A stretch of 64,000 nt of DNA from IMG/VR virus record IMGVR_UViG_3300017971_000001, positions 62,001 through 126,000 of that record, one strand, 5' to 3'. This document shows, piece after piece, positions 38,792-47,590 of the stretch. Made by a program: the position numbers and the translations under genes. Numbering within the stretch: the stretch's first letter is position 1; every line of letters begins with the position of its first letter. The notes beneath the pieces are model-generated. The model did no database searches and had not been told where the DNA came from. It saw only the letters and a list, made by a program, of their open reading frames with translations.

Positions 38792-41094
38792 GGCGGCACA
38801 GACTGCGATTCTGCAGACGGAAAGACGCTGGCGTCGGACTGCGCTACGCCATGAGCGGCATGCAGCACTTCGCGCCGCACCCATTCATGCTCGTGAGGTT
38901 GCACGTCATTGGACGAGGGGTCGGACGAGGCTATGTGGGCCAGGACGCGTCCCTGCGGCCCGATCCGAGCCGCGCCCTGAGGCGGGGCGTATGAGCCGTC
39001 GTCGCAGAACCTTCTGGCTCTTTGTGGACGGAGGTCTGGGCAAGGGCCTGGGCGACAACCACGCCGCCGGCGCCGAGTGCGACGCGTGGGAGCTCGGCGA
39101 ACTCGGGTTCGACATTGACCTCCCCTTCGAGGGAAGCGGGCTGCGCCGATCGTGCGGCTGGGGAATCGAGGGGCTGGGTCCGTGGTGAGGCGGCGCAAGC
39201 GAAGGAAGTGGTTCTTCACGGACGCCGGCGTCGGGCGCGGGGCTCAGGCCCGCCACGGAATTGGACTTGAGTACATGCCCTCGTCCATGGAAGGGTGCGG
39301 GCTGTGGCGCCCTTGGGCTGGGGGAACGAATGAGGCGGAGAAGAAGGCCGGCGGGCGTCATTTCGGACGAACTCATGATCGGACTCGGGCTGGGCGACGA
39401 GATCGGCGGCGGTCAGTTCTGGGGAGCCGGGATCGGTTTGCGCCGTGGCTGGGGATCGTGGCGATCCAAGTCGGTCGCCCTGGAGGCCTTTGCTCTATGA
39501 GGCGACGCAGGAGAGTGAAGACCGGCATGCTTTGGGACTGGGAGATTGGAGTCGGGCTCGAGGGGACGGGCGGATTGCTCAATTACGCGCACGGCCTGCT
39601 GAGTTACATGTCGACCGCTTGGATCAGCTACAGCGGGCGAGGTGATTGCCGCGGGCTCGGTGAAGGAGATCCGCGTTGAAGCGAGGAAGGCGAGTGAAGA
39701 CCGGGATCCTCCATTCGAAGGAAATCTCCGCGGGAATGATCAGTTACCAATGTATCCATTACGGAAGAGGGCTTAGGAACCACCTATCCCCTTGGCGCAC
39801 ATTCTTCTATCGAAGCCGTGGGCTTGGTAAATGGTGAGGCGCAGGCGACTGGCAATCCTCGGCCTCGATAGCATGGAGGCCGTCGCCCTCATGACGGGAG
39901 AGGGCAAGATTGCGCCAGCCGACGAGCTCGGCGGCGAGGTCGGATACGGTCTGCTGGTCGAGGCTGGCTACGGTCACGCGACGACCAAAGGGAATAGCTA
40001 TCTGCGCTGCACGGGACGAGGTTTGAGGAAGAGCGTGTCTGGAGGCATTCGATCATGGTAAGGCGGAGGCGAAGGCTGAACTCCGGTTACTACTGGGGCG
40101 TCGCCGGGGCCGGGTTCGGCCGGCTGGTTGGCTGGGGGGCCTCTATCGCAATTGGGGAATCCGCAGAGCGCAACGTGGGAATCGGTGTCGGCGGTGGCGT
40201 CATGCCTTCCGGCGCTGCTTTGATCGACGCGGGGTGGCGGTGGTAAAGAGGCGTCGGCGCAGGCCGTTACCTGCGATCATTTTCTGCGCCGCTGGCGCAG
40301 GAGCGAACACCCACTCGGAATTCAATCGGCGGGACTTTGGCCTGGGGCAGCAGTCAGAGATCGGGTTCGCAAGAACGGGTCGAGACTCGTGCCTGGGCGG
40401 GGCCGGTTTCTCGGTATCGATCGGAGCAGGGATCGTCTCCGGGGCCGGGAAGGCCCTCACCGGTCACTACTGGGGGTACCTGTGAAAAGGCGGCGCAGGA
40501 CCATTCTCTCGAGCTTCTGCAGCTGGTTCTATCCGAAGCGGCGGGTCATGGGGCGAGGCCGCAGGCGGTACGTTGGAACCGGCCGGAACAAGCGGCCTGG
40601 GGTGCCTACGGCCTGGGGCGACGGGCAGTATCAGTGCCTCGCGATCGGCGTCGATCGAGCCACGGGCTTCGGGCGGGGGTCCTTTCATTGAGACGGCGCC
40701 GCTACCGCATTCACTACACTCGCTACCTCCAGCGCGGAGGGCCCTACCGCGGCTGCGGTCAAACGTTCTGCGTCGGCGTCTCGAACCTCGACTTCTTCAG
40801 GATCGGATCTGGAATGGGCTGCGGTAGAGAGTCGGGTCGCGCACAGCAGCGAGACGTCGGCGGGTCGTTCCAATGAATCGGCGCCGTAGGCGGCGGGCGG
40901 TTCAAACTCCGTTCTTTGGTCCCTGCTCTTCAGGGCTGCGGCGAATCACAGGAGCCGCCATTACCGGGAGGTTTCATTACCGATACGTTGCTGGCTGCGG
41001 AGTTGGTGTATGCTTCGCGCGCCCTCCGAACCTAAGATCCTTCCAATTCACCCCCTGGCCGATCTCTGGCCGCCGCCCTAGTTAGGAGAGCCGC

Positions 41095-41601
41095 ATGGCT
41101 GACGAAGGATTCCGCGAACTTCACCGAGACCTGGCACGCGCCGTGCCGAGCATGTCCCTCGACAAACTCGCTTACATGGCGATCACGATCAACGACGCTC
41201 TGATCGAAGCCTACCTCGAAGGGCATTCCTGGGAGTCCGTCTTGGGCCACCTCTCGCAAGGGAATCAGGATCGGACGCGGGCGGGGTGCGCTTCGATCTG
41301 GCAGATTCCCGAGGAAGAGGTTCGCTTCAGGCATGTGATCGTTCCTGGACCCGGGCACCTCGGCCTCGCGAGCGGAATCGGGCCTGCGACCATGACCAAC
41401 CTGTTCAGCGCGATCGAAAAAGCCGGGCTCATGGACGTCCGCTGGGAAGAGTGGGCCTCCCGGCTATACAGCCGGATCGACCGCGAGCGAAGGCTTGAGG
41501 CGCGAAAGAACGTGGCCAAAGAAGGGTTCACGGGTGATTGCTACCACCTGCTCGGACAGCCCTTGTGGTGGGTCGTCGCGCGCAAGTCGGGGGTCGTGTG
41601 A
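41095..41601 (+). CDS. Hypothetical protein
   Basis: AGGAG SD, 168 aa. Confidence 0.7.
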   Translation: MADEGFRELHRDLARAVPSMSLDKLAYMAITINDALIEAYLEGHSWESVLGHLSQGNQDRTRAGCASIWQIPEEEVRFRHVIVPGPGHLGLASGIGPATMTNLFSAIEKAGLMDVRWEEWASRLYSRIDRERRLEARKNVAKEGFTGDCYHLLGQPLWWVVARKSGVV

Positions 41602-42116
41602 TCCTTCCGCAAGCCGTCAACCAGTTGGACTGGGGCCCCGTAGAGGTGGTCGCCAATCTCCTGTTCGTCGAGGTCGAGCGCAGCGTCGATTTCGACAAGG
41701 CACGCTGGGACGGCCGCGTGATCCGCACGGACTATCCGGTCGACGCCCTGCACGACCTTGCCCATTTCCAGGTCGCACCCGCCTGGCGCCGAAAGCGCGT
41801 CGGGTTTGGGCTTGGCCTCGAGCCGACCGGGGGGAACGCCTATGCACCTTCCCTCGCCAGCAACGACCGCGCGATCGCCGAAGAAGAACTCGCGTCCATG
41901 CTCGGATTGATCTGGGCCTGCGAGCTCGGTTACGAGTGGAAGAAAGAGGCCTGCGAGCACTCATGGTGCGTCGAGGGCGTAGAGCACCCGGCCGCGCTCA
42001 GCCTCGGCCACAGCGACAAGCTGGACGCAATCGGCGTCACCAAGGACGGCGGAATCAACTGGCCGCCTCGCTGCGCCCGGCCCTGGCGATCCTCGGACTT
42101 CTGGCAGGCCGGCTAG
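41598..42116 (+). CDS. Metal-binding protein resembling the EF-P hydroxylase (EpmC/YfcM)-like family
   Basis: ALHDLAHFQVAPAWRRKRVGFGLG...EEELAS.LG parallels the LHEIAHW..A...RR...DFG motif. Confidence 0.45.
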   Translation: MILPQAVNQLDWGPVEVVANLLFVEVERSVDFDKARWDGRVIRTDYPVDALHDLAHFQVAPAWRRKRVGFGLGLEPTGGNAYAPSLASNDRAIAEEELASMLGLIWACELGYEWKKEACEHSWCVEGVEHPAALSLGHSDKLDAIGVTKDGGINWPPRCARPWRSSDFWQAG

Positions 42117-42140
42117 TCGAGCTCGTCTTCGGGCTCTTCT

Positions 42141-42533
42141 TCAGAGGCCGTCAGCTTGTCTAGCTCCCTCTTGATCCTCCAGAACCAGTAGAGGTGCTTG
42201 ACCTTGGCGTAGAGGAGCTTGATCGCGGTGAGAGCGATCAGCGAACTCGCGGCCAGGAGAATCCAGTGCCTCAATTCCACAGCTGCGCCCCTTGGTTCGC
42301 TTGTGGTGAATCTTCATTCCGGTCATGCAGCCCAGACCGTACCCCAGGCCAACCGGCAAGAACGACCATACGCCGTGCTCGACAACGGAAGAAATGACGA
42401 AGACGTCGACGAATGAAACCGCGAGCGAGGTCGGCAGGATCGGAAGGTAGTTGCAAGAGACCGCGTTAAGCGAGTTCAGGGTGCGCAGAAGCGCGCTGGA
42501 GAACACAGCGACGGCGATCAGGAGGAACGTCAC
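42141..42533 (-). CDS. Small multi-pass membrane protein (DUF5698/DUF2179-like); true end probably 42271 (frameshift)
   Basis: Three hydrophobic segments, GYGLGCMTGM. Confidence 0.55.
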   Translation of the reverse strand: MTFLLIAVAVFSSALLRTLNSLNAVSCNYLPILPTSLAVSFVDVFVISSVVEHGVWSFLPVGLGYGLGCMTGMKIHHKRTKGRSCGIEALDSPGREFADRSHRDQAPLRQGQAPLLVLEDQEGARQADGL

Positions 42534-43312
42534 CGACGCAAGCGCTCGCTCAGAGAAACGAAGACGTCAGCGTCTTCAAAGCGGGGGACCTCGAGCTCGG
42601 GGATCATGGCGATCCAGCGGTCGCTCAGGATCCGGTTCGGGCACGCTGTAATCAGCGCGACGCCGCCCTCTCGAACAGTAACTTGAAAGTTGATCGAGTC
42701 GTTGCTCATGAGCACGAAATCGCCGAGCACTTTTTCCGCTATCTCTGGACGGGTCTTCACGTAAAGGCTCGACCGCAGCGGATCGATCGGCCGAAACGAG
42801 CAGAAGGGAGACAACGTCAACGTCGCCCGTCCGTCCCAGCCCTCAACGGTGATCGAGTAGTCCCAGGGCGGCTGCTGAGTTTCTAGATAGAAACCGACTG
42901 AATCCCCCTCCGAATCCGCGAAGGGCCTGGCCGGGCCGCCCCTTCGGAAAAGCTCCGCCGGAAGATCGGAGAACTCGCCGCGCAAGAACGTAAGCACCTT
43001 CCCGAAATCCCATTGAGGTCGAGAGTAGCCATGAACCTTCCGGGTCAACTGGTCATACTCCTCGGCGGAGATCTCGACCTCGTACCGCCTGCGCCAAGGG
43101 AGCTCAGCCTCGAAGAGATCGCGCCAGGCGCGAACCTGCGGAAACAACAAGGGCTTGACCGAATTCTCGGCCTGGTCGTCTGCCTCGAGCAGCTGCTCGA
43201 CGTAGGGATCTCCGTAGCGCTGTCCCAAGCGAATCCAGCGCTCGCGATCTTCTTCTAGACCGCTCTCCTTATATCGCAGAAACGCGCGGCGGAGTCGTTC
43301 GTCAGGCGTCAT
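42530..43312 (-). CDS. Hypothetical protein with DERLRR N-terminal module
   Basis: MTPDERLRRAFLRYKESGLEEDRERWIRLGQRYG. Confidence 0.7.
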   Translation of the reverse strand: MTPDERLRRAFLRYKESGLEEDRERWIRLGQRYGDPYVEQLLEADDQAENSVKPLLFPQVRAWRDLFEAELPWRRRYEVEISAEEYDQLTRKVHGYSRPQWDFGKVLTFLRGEFSDLPAELFRRGGPARPFADSEGDSVGFYLETQQPPWDYSITVEGWDGRATLTLSPFCSFRPIDPLRSSLYVKTRPEIAEKVLGDFVLMSNDSINFQVTVREGGVALITACPNRILSDRWIAMIPELEVPRFEDADVFVSLSERLRR

Positions 43313-43953
43313 TCCTCGTACTCCAACATGCCGGGACCGAGGCTGGGGTTCTGGTGACTCTGCGGCATGTCAAGAATGTGCGGCTGCTCGCTGTAGGCGA
43401 ACTCGAACTGCTCGCCCGTGCTGTAGGGCGAAAGCGTGAATCCTCCGCCGTGCGAGCGCGGCAGGAAGAACAGGTTATGCGACTGCAACTCCTGGTTCTC
43501 CCAAATCGTGAGGTAGGGCAAGCCACCAGCGTTCTCAAAAGAAAGCAGTTGATTCGTCCAGGCCTCGTCGCTGCCGAGGCCGCCGAAGGACACGTCCCCA
43601 AACACATAGCCCGGGTAGTCCGACTCCTCGCGCGTGGCCAGCGTGATCGCGCCCGAGCCCTCAAAGTTGACGCCGGGCAGTGAAACGTATCCCCTGAGCT
43701 CGGGCGGGGCCGGGAGGACTTGCGGAGAACTGACCGGCCCGCCGAACTCGCTGAGGCTGAAGGGAATGTCAATGTAGCCCTCGACCTCTCGGGTCATGAT
43801 CGGCCAGACGCGATCCGGGTCCGCGGCCAGGTCCCGGCCCGCGCGCTCGTAGCAATACTCGACGCCGTAAACCGAGTCGTGGAACTCGTCCGCCAGGCCG
43901 GGCGTATTGCGCAGGATCGCCGCGGCGCGGCTGAGGATCTCGTCGGGGCTCAT
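43309..43953 (-). CDS. Hypothetical protein
   Basis: 214-aa ORF, coupled. Confidence 0.7.
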   Translation of the reverse strand: MSPDEILSRAAAILRNTPGLADEFHDSVYGVEYCYERAGRDLAADPDRVWPIMTREVEGYIDIPFSLSEFGGPVSSPQVLPAPPELRGYVSLPGVNFEGSGAITLATREESDYPGYVFGDVSFGGLGSDEAWTNQLLSFENAGGLPYLTIWENQELQSHNLFFLPRSHGGGFTLSPYSTGEQFEFAYSEQPHILDMPQSHQNPSLGPGMLEYEE

Positions 43954-43962
43954 ACCTTCAGT

Positions 43963-44418
43963 TTAGCCCGGACGACGATCCAAGACCTCCTCGCCCTCGG
44001 GGAGCAGGCGATAGATCGGGCGGTATTTCCTCCGCGGGCAGCAGAAGCGCTTAACAAGCCCGCCGCGCTGAAGTGCCTCCAGGTAATGCTTCACCAGGGA
44101 ACTCTCGAGCAAGAGGCACTTGCGGATCGCGCCGATCCCCTTGGGTTGCTCGAGCGCGAGCAGCACGTCATACGCGATCGATCCATTCAGGTCGACCTGG
44201 GTCCAGCCACGCTTCTTGACGCGCTCGATCTCCTCTTCTCGGGAGGCAATCTCCTGGATCACCTTCGCCGCATAGTCGTTTCCCTCGAGGTGGTCCGAGC
44301 AAAAGGCCTTGTAACCGTAGGTTCGGTTGAAGCAGCCCGGGTGCTCGCAAGGACGAGCTCCGCGCCGCTCGCTCTCCTCCCAATGGCTTTCGCGGGTGTC
44401 CCGGTGCCCTTCACTCAT
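43963..44418 (-). CDS. Zn-finger plus winged-helix protein (paralogue of 56805-57344)
   Basis: PCEHPGC...T...K.FCSDH....YA..V; C-terminal L..L.RGGLV...IYRL. Confidence 0.6.
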   Translation of the reverse strand: MSEGHRDTRESHWEESERRGARPCEHPGCFNRTYGYKAFCSDHLEGNDYAAKVIQEIASREEEIERVKKRGWTQVDLNGSIAYDVLLALEQPKGIGAIRKCLLLESSLVKHYLEALQRGGLVKRFCCPRRKYRPIYRLLPEGEEVLDRRPG

Positions 44419-44767
44419 GCGCTTGATCCTGACCGGACGATCGCAGGTCCTGCAACTCGCTGTCAGCGAGCTCGTCAAGGAGGCGCGAAGCCTCGGCGTC
44501 GCAGCCGCCGTAGAGGTGCATGAGAACGAAGGTCATGCTCTCAGCGATCCCGCCCCAGACCACCAAGTCGGCGCTGAAGTCCCAAACGTCCTCCAGCAAC
44601 TCTCTGCGCTCTTGCTGCTCCTCCAGCGCCTCGGTCCGCGGGAGCTCGCGTGCCCGACGGGCGAACCGTCGGAGGGTGAGGCAGAACTCGTACTCGAGCT
44701 CGCCCGGCTTGGGGCCGTTTGTGTCGCGATCAGGATTCGGCGCCTTCCCCACGCTCACCCTCGTCAA
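44411..44767 (-). CDS. Hypothetical protein
   Basis: ORF in chain; start uncertain. Confidence 0.55.
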   Translation of the reverse strand: MTRVSVGKAPNPDRDTNGPKPGELEYEFCLTLRRFARRARELPRTEALEEQQERRELLEDVWDFSADLVVWGGIAESMTFVLMHLYGGCDAEASRLLDELADSELQDLRSSGQDQAHE

Positions 44768-45740
44768 TCTCGTCTGCCAACATGTTTCCGATCGCGCCCG
44801 CCTCGTCTCGGCGGTTGTCGTCGTATCGAATGAGCGTCTCGACGCTCTTGTGACGTGAGAACTTCTGGACGCGACGGACGTCGCCGTTGAGCCGGTCGAG
44901 CGCGCGCGTGATCGCAGCGTGTCGCAAGCCGTGCGGCCAGGTGTCGAGACCAGCGTTCTTGCCGATCTTCTTGACGATTTTGTGGACCGATCGCCCAGTG
45001 AGCCGCCCGTCGGAGCGGCGGCCGGCGCGATCGTAGGATTCGAACAGGGCGCCCGGGTGACTGCCGCGGCGCGCGATCCAGTCCCGCAGCGCCTCTGCCG
45101 TGCTCTCGGGGATCGTGACCTTGCGGCGCGCCTTGTCCCGCTTACCCAAGATCATGACGGTCTTCCGCTTGAGGTCAACGTGCTTCATGTCGAGGCCGAC
45201 GACCTCAAACCGACGCAGAGCCATGTCGTAGAGCATGCGCAGGATCGCGTAGTTGCGCCGGTCGAGATTGGAGTCGCCGAGCGTGCCGAGCATTTTGAGG
45301 AACCCGTCGTGGCCGGGGCCGCGGGTGTCCTTGTAGGTGTCGTTGCTGACGTTGGTGACGTCCAGCTGGTAGTTGCAGATCCCGAGCGTGTTGGCGAGCT
45401 TGATCATGCTGCGCAGCGCGGCGATCCGCCGGTTGACGGTGCCGGGTGCGTAGCTCTTCTCGTCGACCATGTATTGCTGGAACTCGAGGACGAGGTAGTT
45501 CGCGTCGCCGCGTCCCACGCTGAGCAGGGAGGCCGCGGCTTCGTCTACGGTCTCCACGCCCAGCCACTCGCAGAACACGCGAAGGTCACGCTGATAAGCG
45601 TCGACGGTGTTCTTGGACTTGTTGCGGAAGAAGGCCTGGATCAACTTTTCACTGTCTGATCCGGCCAACTTGTCGCGCACGGCGGGAGGCTGCGCGGCGC
45701 GTTTGGAGAGTTGCGTCTTCGGCTTGGCAGGCAGATCCAT
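44730..45740 (-). CDS. Tyrosine recombinase (XerC/D-like integrase/resolvase)
   Basis: SAM-like N-terminus (SKNTVDAYQRDL); LRRFEV (R), GKRDK (K), HGLRH, SRHKS..TL.RYDD (H, Y). Confidence 0.95.
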   Translation of the reverse strand: MDLPAKPKTQLSKRAAQPPAVRDKLAGSDSEKLIQAFFRNKSKNTVDAYQRDLRVFCEWLGVETVDEAAASLLSVGRGDANYLVLEFQQYMVDEKSYAPGTVNRRIAALRSMIKLANTLGICNYQLDVTNVSNDTYKDTRGPGHDGFLKMLGTLGDSNLDRRNYAILRMLYDMALRRFEVVGLDMKHVDLKRKTVMILGKRDKARRKVTIPESTAEALRDWIARRGSHPGALFESYDRAGRRSDGRLTGRSVHKIVKKIGKNAGLDTWPHGLRHAAITRALDRLNGDVRRVQKFSRHKSVETLIRYDDNRRDEAGAIGNMLADEIDEGERGEGAES

Positions 45741-45767
45741 ACTGCCAGTTTAGCGCGAGCTCTCCAT

Positions 45768-46541
45768 TTACGATCCGAGCAAGACCTCTGCGATCCCGTC
45801 CGAGTCGATCACGACGCCCTCGAAGTAGAGGTCGTCGAGCGCATGACCCCACACTCCAAAATGCTCATGCCGCGCGTAAATGTCCCGATAGGTACGCGCA
45901 ATCGTCCAGAGAAAGTAGCCGGCCGTCATGATATTCGACCGCTTCCACGACTCTTCACCGCGGGTGAACTCGATTTCGTAAGGCTGAATCGTCAGCTTGA
46001 CCGATCGCATGAACGGATAGCTGAGCGTGGTCTCGATCGACCGCGGCTGGAAATCCGTCCAGTTCGTGTTGGGGTCCTTGATCTCCTCCTCCTCGACGTG
46101 GACCAGCGTGGTCATGCGATCCGCCTGCTCGAGCGTGAGAGACGCGAGCGTGTCCAGGTGCAAGTAGCAGAAGAAATTCCCGCACAAAGGCTCCGGACGC
46201 TGCGCCCTGACGCGGCGAATGTAGACGACGTCGTCCCGATCGAACTCCGGGATCTCGCCGTCCTTGAGGACGGAGATCCGCTTGCCCTGGTCTTCCTCGT
46301 CCAGGCTCAAGTCGTCCAGCGGCTTGTCGTCAGGAAGCAGGTAGACCGAGCGCGTGCGAAACCGATCCTCCAGCGTGCCGTCGATCAGGGCTTCGATCAT
46401 GGCTCGCTCCTGGGCGTCGCCTTCGTCCTGCTCCGAGTAGACCTCTTCCCGCTCCACGGCGGGCAGGTTCACCTTCTTGGTCACTTCCGGCCGCGGGCCT
46501 CGCGAGGGCGGCCAGTGCTCGGGATAGTCGTAGTTCTCCAT
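45768..46541 (-). CDS. Hypothetical protein
   Basis: 257 aa, C-terminal GVWGH.LDDLYFEG. Confidence 0.75.
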   Translation of the reverse strand: MENYDYPEHWPPSRGPRPEVTKKVNLPAVEREEVYSEQDEGDAQERAMIEALIDGTLEDRFRTRSVYLLPDDKPLDDLSLDEEDQGKRISVLKDGEIPEFDRDDVVYIRRVRAQRPEPLCGNFFCYLHLDTLASLTLEQADRMTTLVHVEEEEIKDPNTNWTDFQPRSIETTLSYPFMRSVKLTIQPYEIEFTRGEESWKRSNIMTAGYFLWTIARTYRDIYARHEHFGVWGHALDDLYFEGVVIDSDGIAEVLLGS

Positions 46542-46570
46542 AAGAAAAGCCTCCGCCTTTCAGCGGAGGC
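46542..46570 (-). terminator. Intrinsic terminator
   Basis: GCCTCCGC/GCGGAGGC hairpin with TTTTCTT on the minus strand. Confidence 0.6.
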
Positions 46571-46606
46571 CAATCTATCAGCGGGTGGCGATCGAGGAAG
46601 TCGGGG

Positions 46607-47563
46607 CTAGGCGCCGGCTTCCTCCAGCTGGACCACGACGATCTTCAGATCGCTGAGGTAGGGCTTGTAGCTCGAGGGCGAGCGAATGAAGGCCGCCTCC
46701 TTGCCCTCGGCGTGGAGGTTCCACGCCTTGGCGAGGATCACGGACTTCATTTCGTTCGAGCGGCGCTTGGCGTTGGCGAACCAGGACTTGGCGATCGAGA
46801 TCGGCGAGCGGACGTTGCCGTCGTTCCCGCGCGCGACCTGATTCAGGAACTCCTCGACCTCGGACGCGGGGTTGCCGCAGGAAATGAGCCAGTAGTGCGC
46901 CGCGGCGTAGGAGACCGCCGTGTGCCCCCGGATCCCGTTGGTCGCCTTGTAGGCGAAGTTGACCGACTTCTGGATCTGGGCGTCCTTGCGGATCAGGTCG
47001 ATCTTCTCCTTGTGCGGGATCTTGCTGCGCGTGCGCTCCCGCTCCTGGATCAGCGTGCGAGCGAGGGCCATGGCCTCCTTGCCGTTCTTGAGGCCCTCGA
47101 TCTTGGCGACGTCGAAGGCGCTGCGGACCTTGCCGAGGTCGTAGTTGTAGACCTCGTCCACGGGGCGGTTGAGCAGGATCTCGACGCAGGCCGTCTTGCC
47201 AGACTTGATCACGGCGCGACAAACGTGCTGACCGTCAGCGAGCTCACCCTTCACGTTGAACTTGATCGGGTCCGTGCGGACGTGGTCGCCCTCGTTGAGC
47301 GAGCGAGCGATCTTGTCGACGTGCGCCTTCTGGAACTTGCGCTGCGCCGAAGCCATGAGCTCCAAGAACGCCGTAGCCCGGTCGACCGTGAGCGGGAAGT
47401 TGCTGACCCGGTCGCCCTCCGGGTCGATCGAGGGCATGCCGTTGACGACGTTGTAGCGCGGAGCGCTGTACTGCTGCAGCAGTTCACCGATCCGGTTGGG
47501 GTTGATCACCTTGGGGGTGTCTTCGGCCTTCTTCTTGACGACCTTGACCTTCTTCTTAGCCAT
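46607..47563 (-). CDS. ParB/Srx-like N-terminal domain protein
   Basis: QRKF...HVDKIARSL..G......DPIKF...GEL.DGQH...AVIKSG; the R of DGQHR is replaced by V. Confidence 0.75.
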   Translation of the reverse strand: MAKKKVKVVKKKAEDTPKVINPNRIGELLQQYSAPRYNVVNGMPSIDPEGDRVSNFPLTVDRATAFLELMASAQRKFQKAHVDKIARSLNEGDHVRTDPIKFNVKGELADGQHVCRAVIKSGKTACVEILLNRPVDEVYNYDLGKVRSAFDVAKIEGLKNGKEAMALARTLIQERERTRSKIPHKEKIDLIRKDAQIQKSVNFAYKATNGIRGHTAVSYAAAHYWLISCGNPASEVEEFLNQVARGNDGNVRSPISIAKSWFANAKRRSNEMKSVILAKAWNLHAEGKEAAFIRSPSSYKPYLSDLKIVVVQLEEAGA

Positions 47564-47590
47564 GAGCTTCTCTTCTCTTCTCCGGCGGTT

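Larger units (their letters stand above)
34851..41085 (+). other. Cluster G: 29 tandem MxRRRR / Gly-rich peptide genes
   Basis: Members (+): 34851-35078, 35075-35293, 35290-35448, 35445-35708, 35705-35857, 35854-36012, 36015-36155, 36191-36382, 36588-36767, 36764-36952, 36946-37152, 37149-37397, 37394-37627, 37628-37858, 37855-38010, 38007-38171, 38168-38338, 38788-38994, 38991-39188, 39182-39333 (fs), 39330-39500, 39497-39679, 39676-39837, 39831-40061, 40055-40246, 40240-40485, 40482-40691, 40688-40876, 40873-41085. SD-like GGAG/GGGG precedes most starts. Confidence 0.88.

Noticed and set aside
34851-41085. Peptide leaders as twin-arginine (Tat) signal peptides
   Set aside because: No S/T-R-R-x-F-L-K consensus, no hydrophobic h-region and no AxA cleavage site
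44730-45740. Integron integrase with the peptide genes as cassettes
   Set aside because: The genes overlap with no room for attC sites, and the recombinase shows no evident IntI-specific insertion
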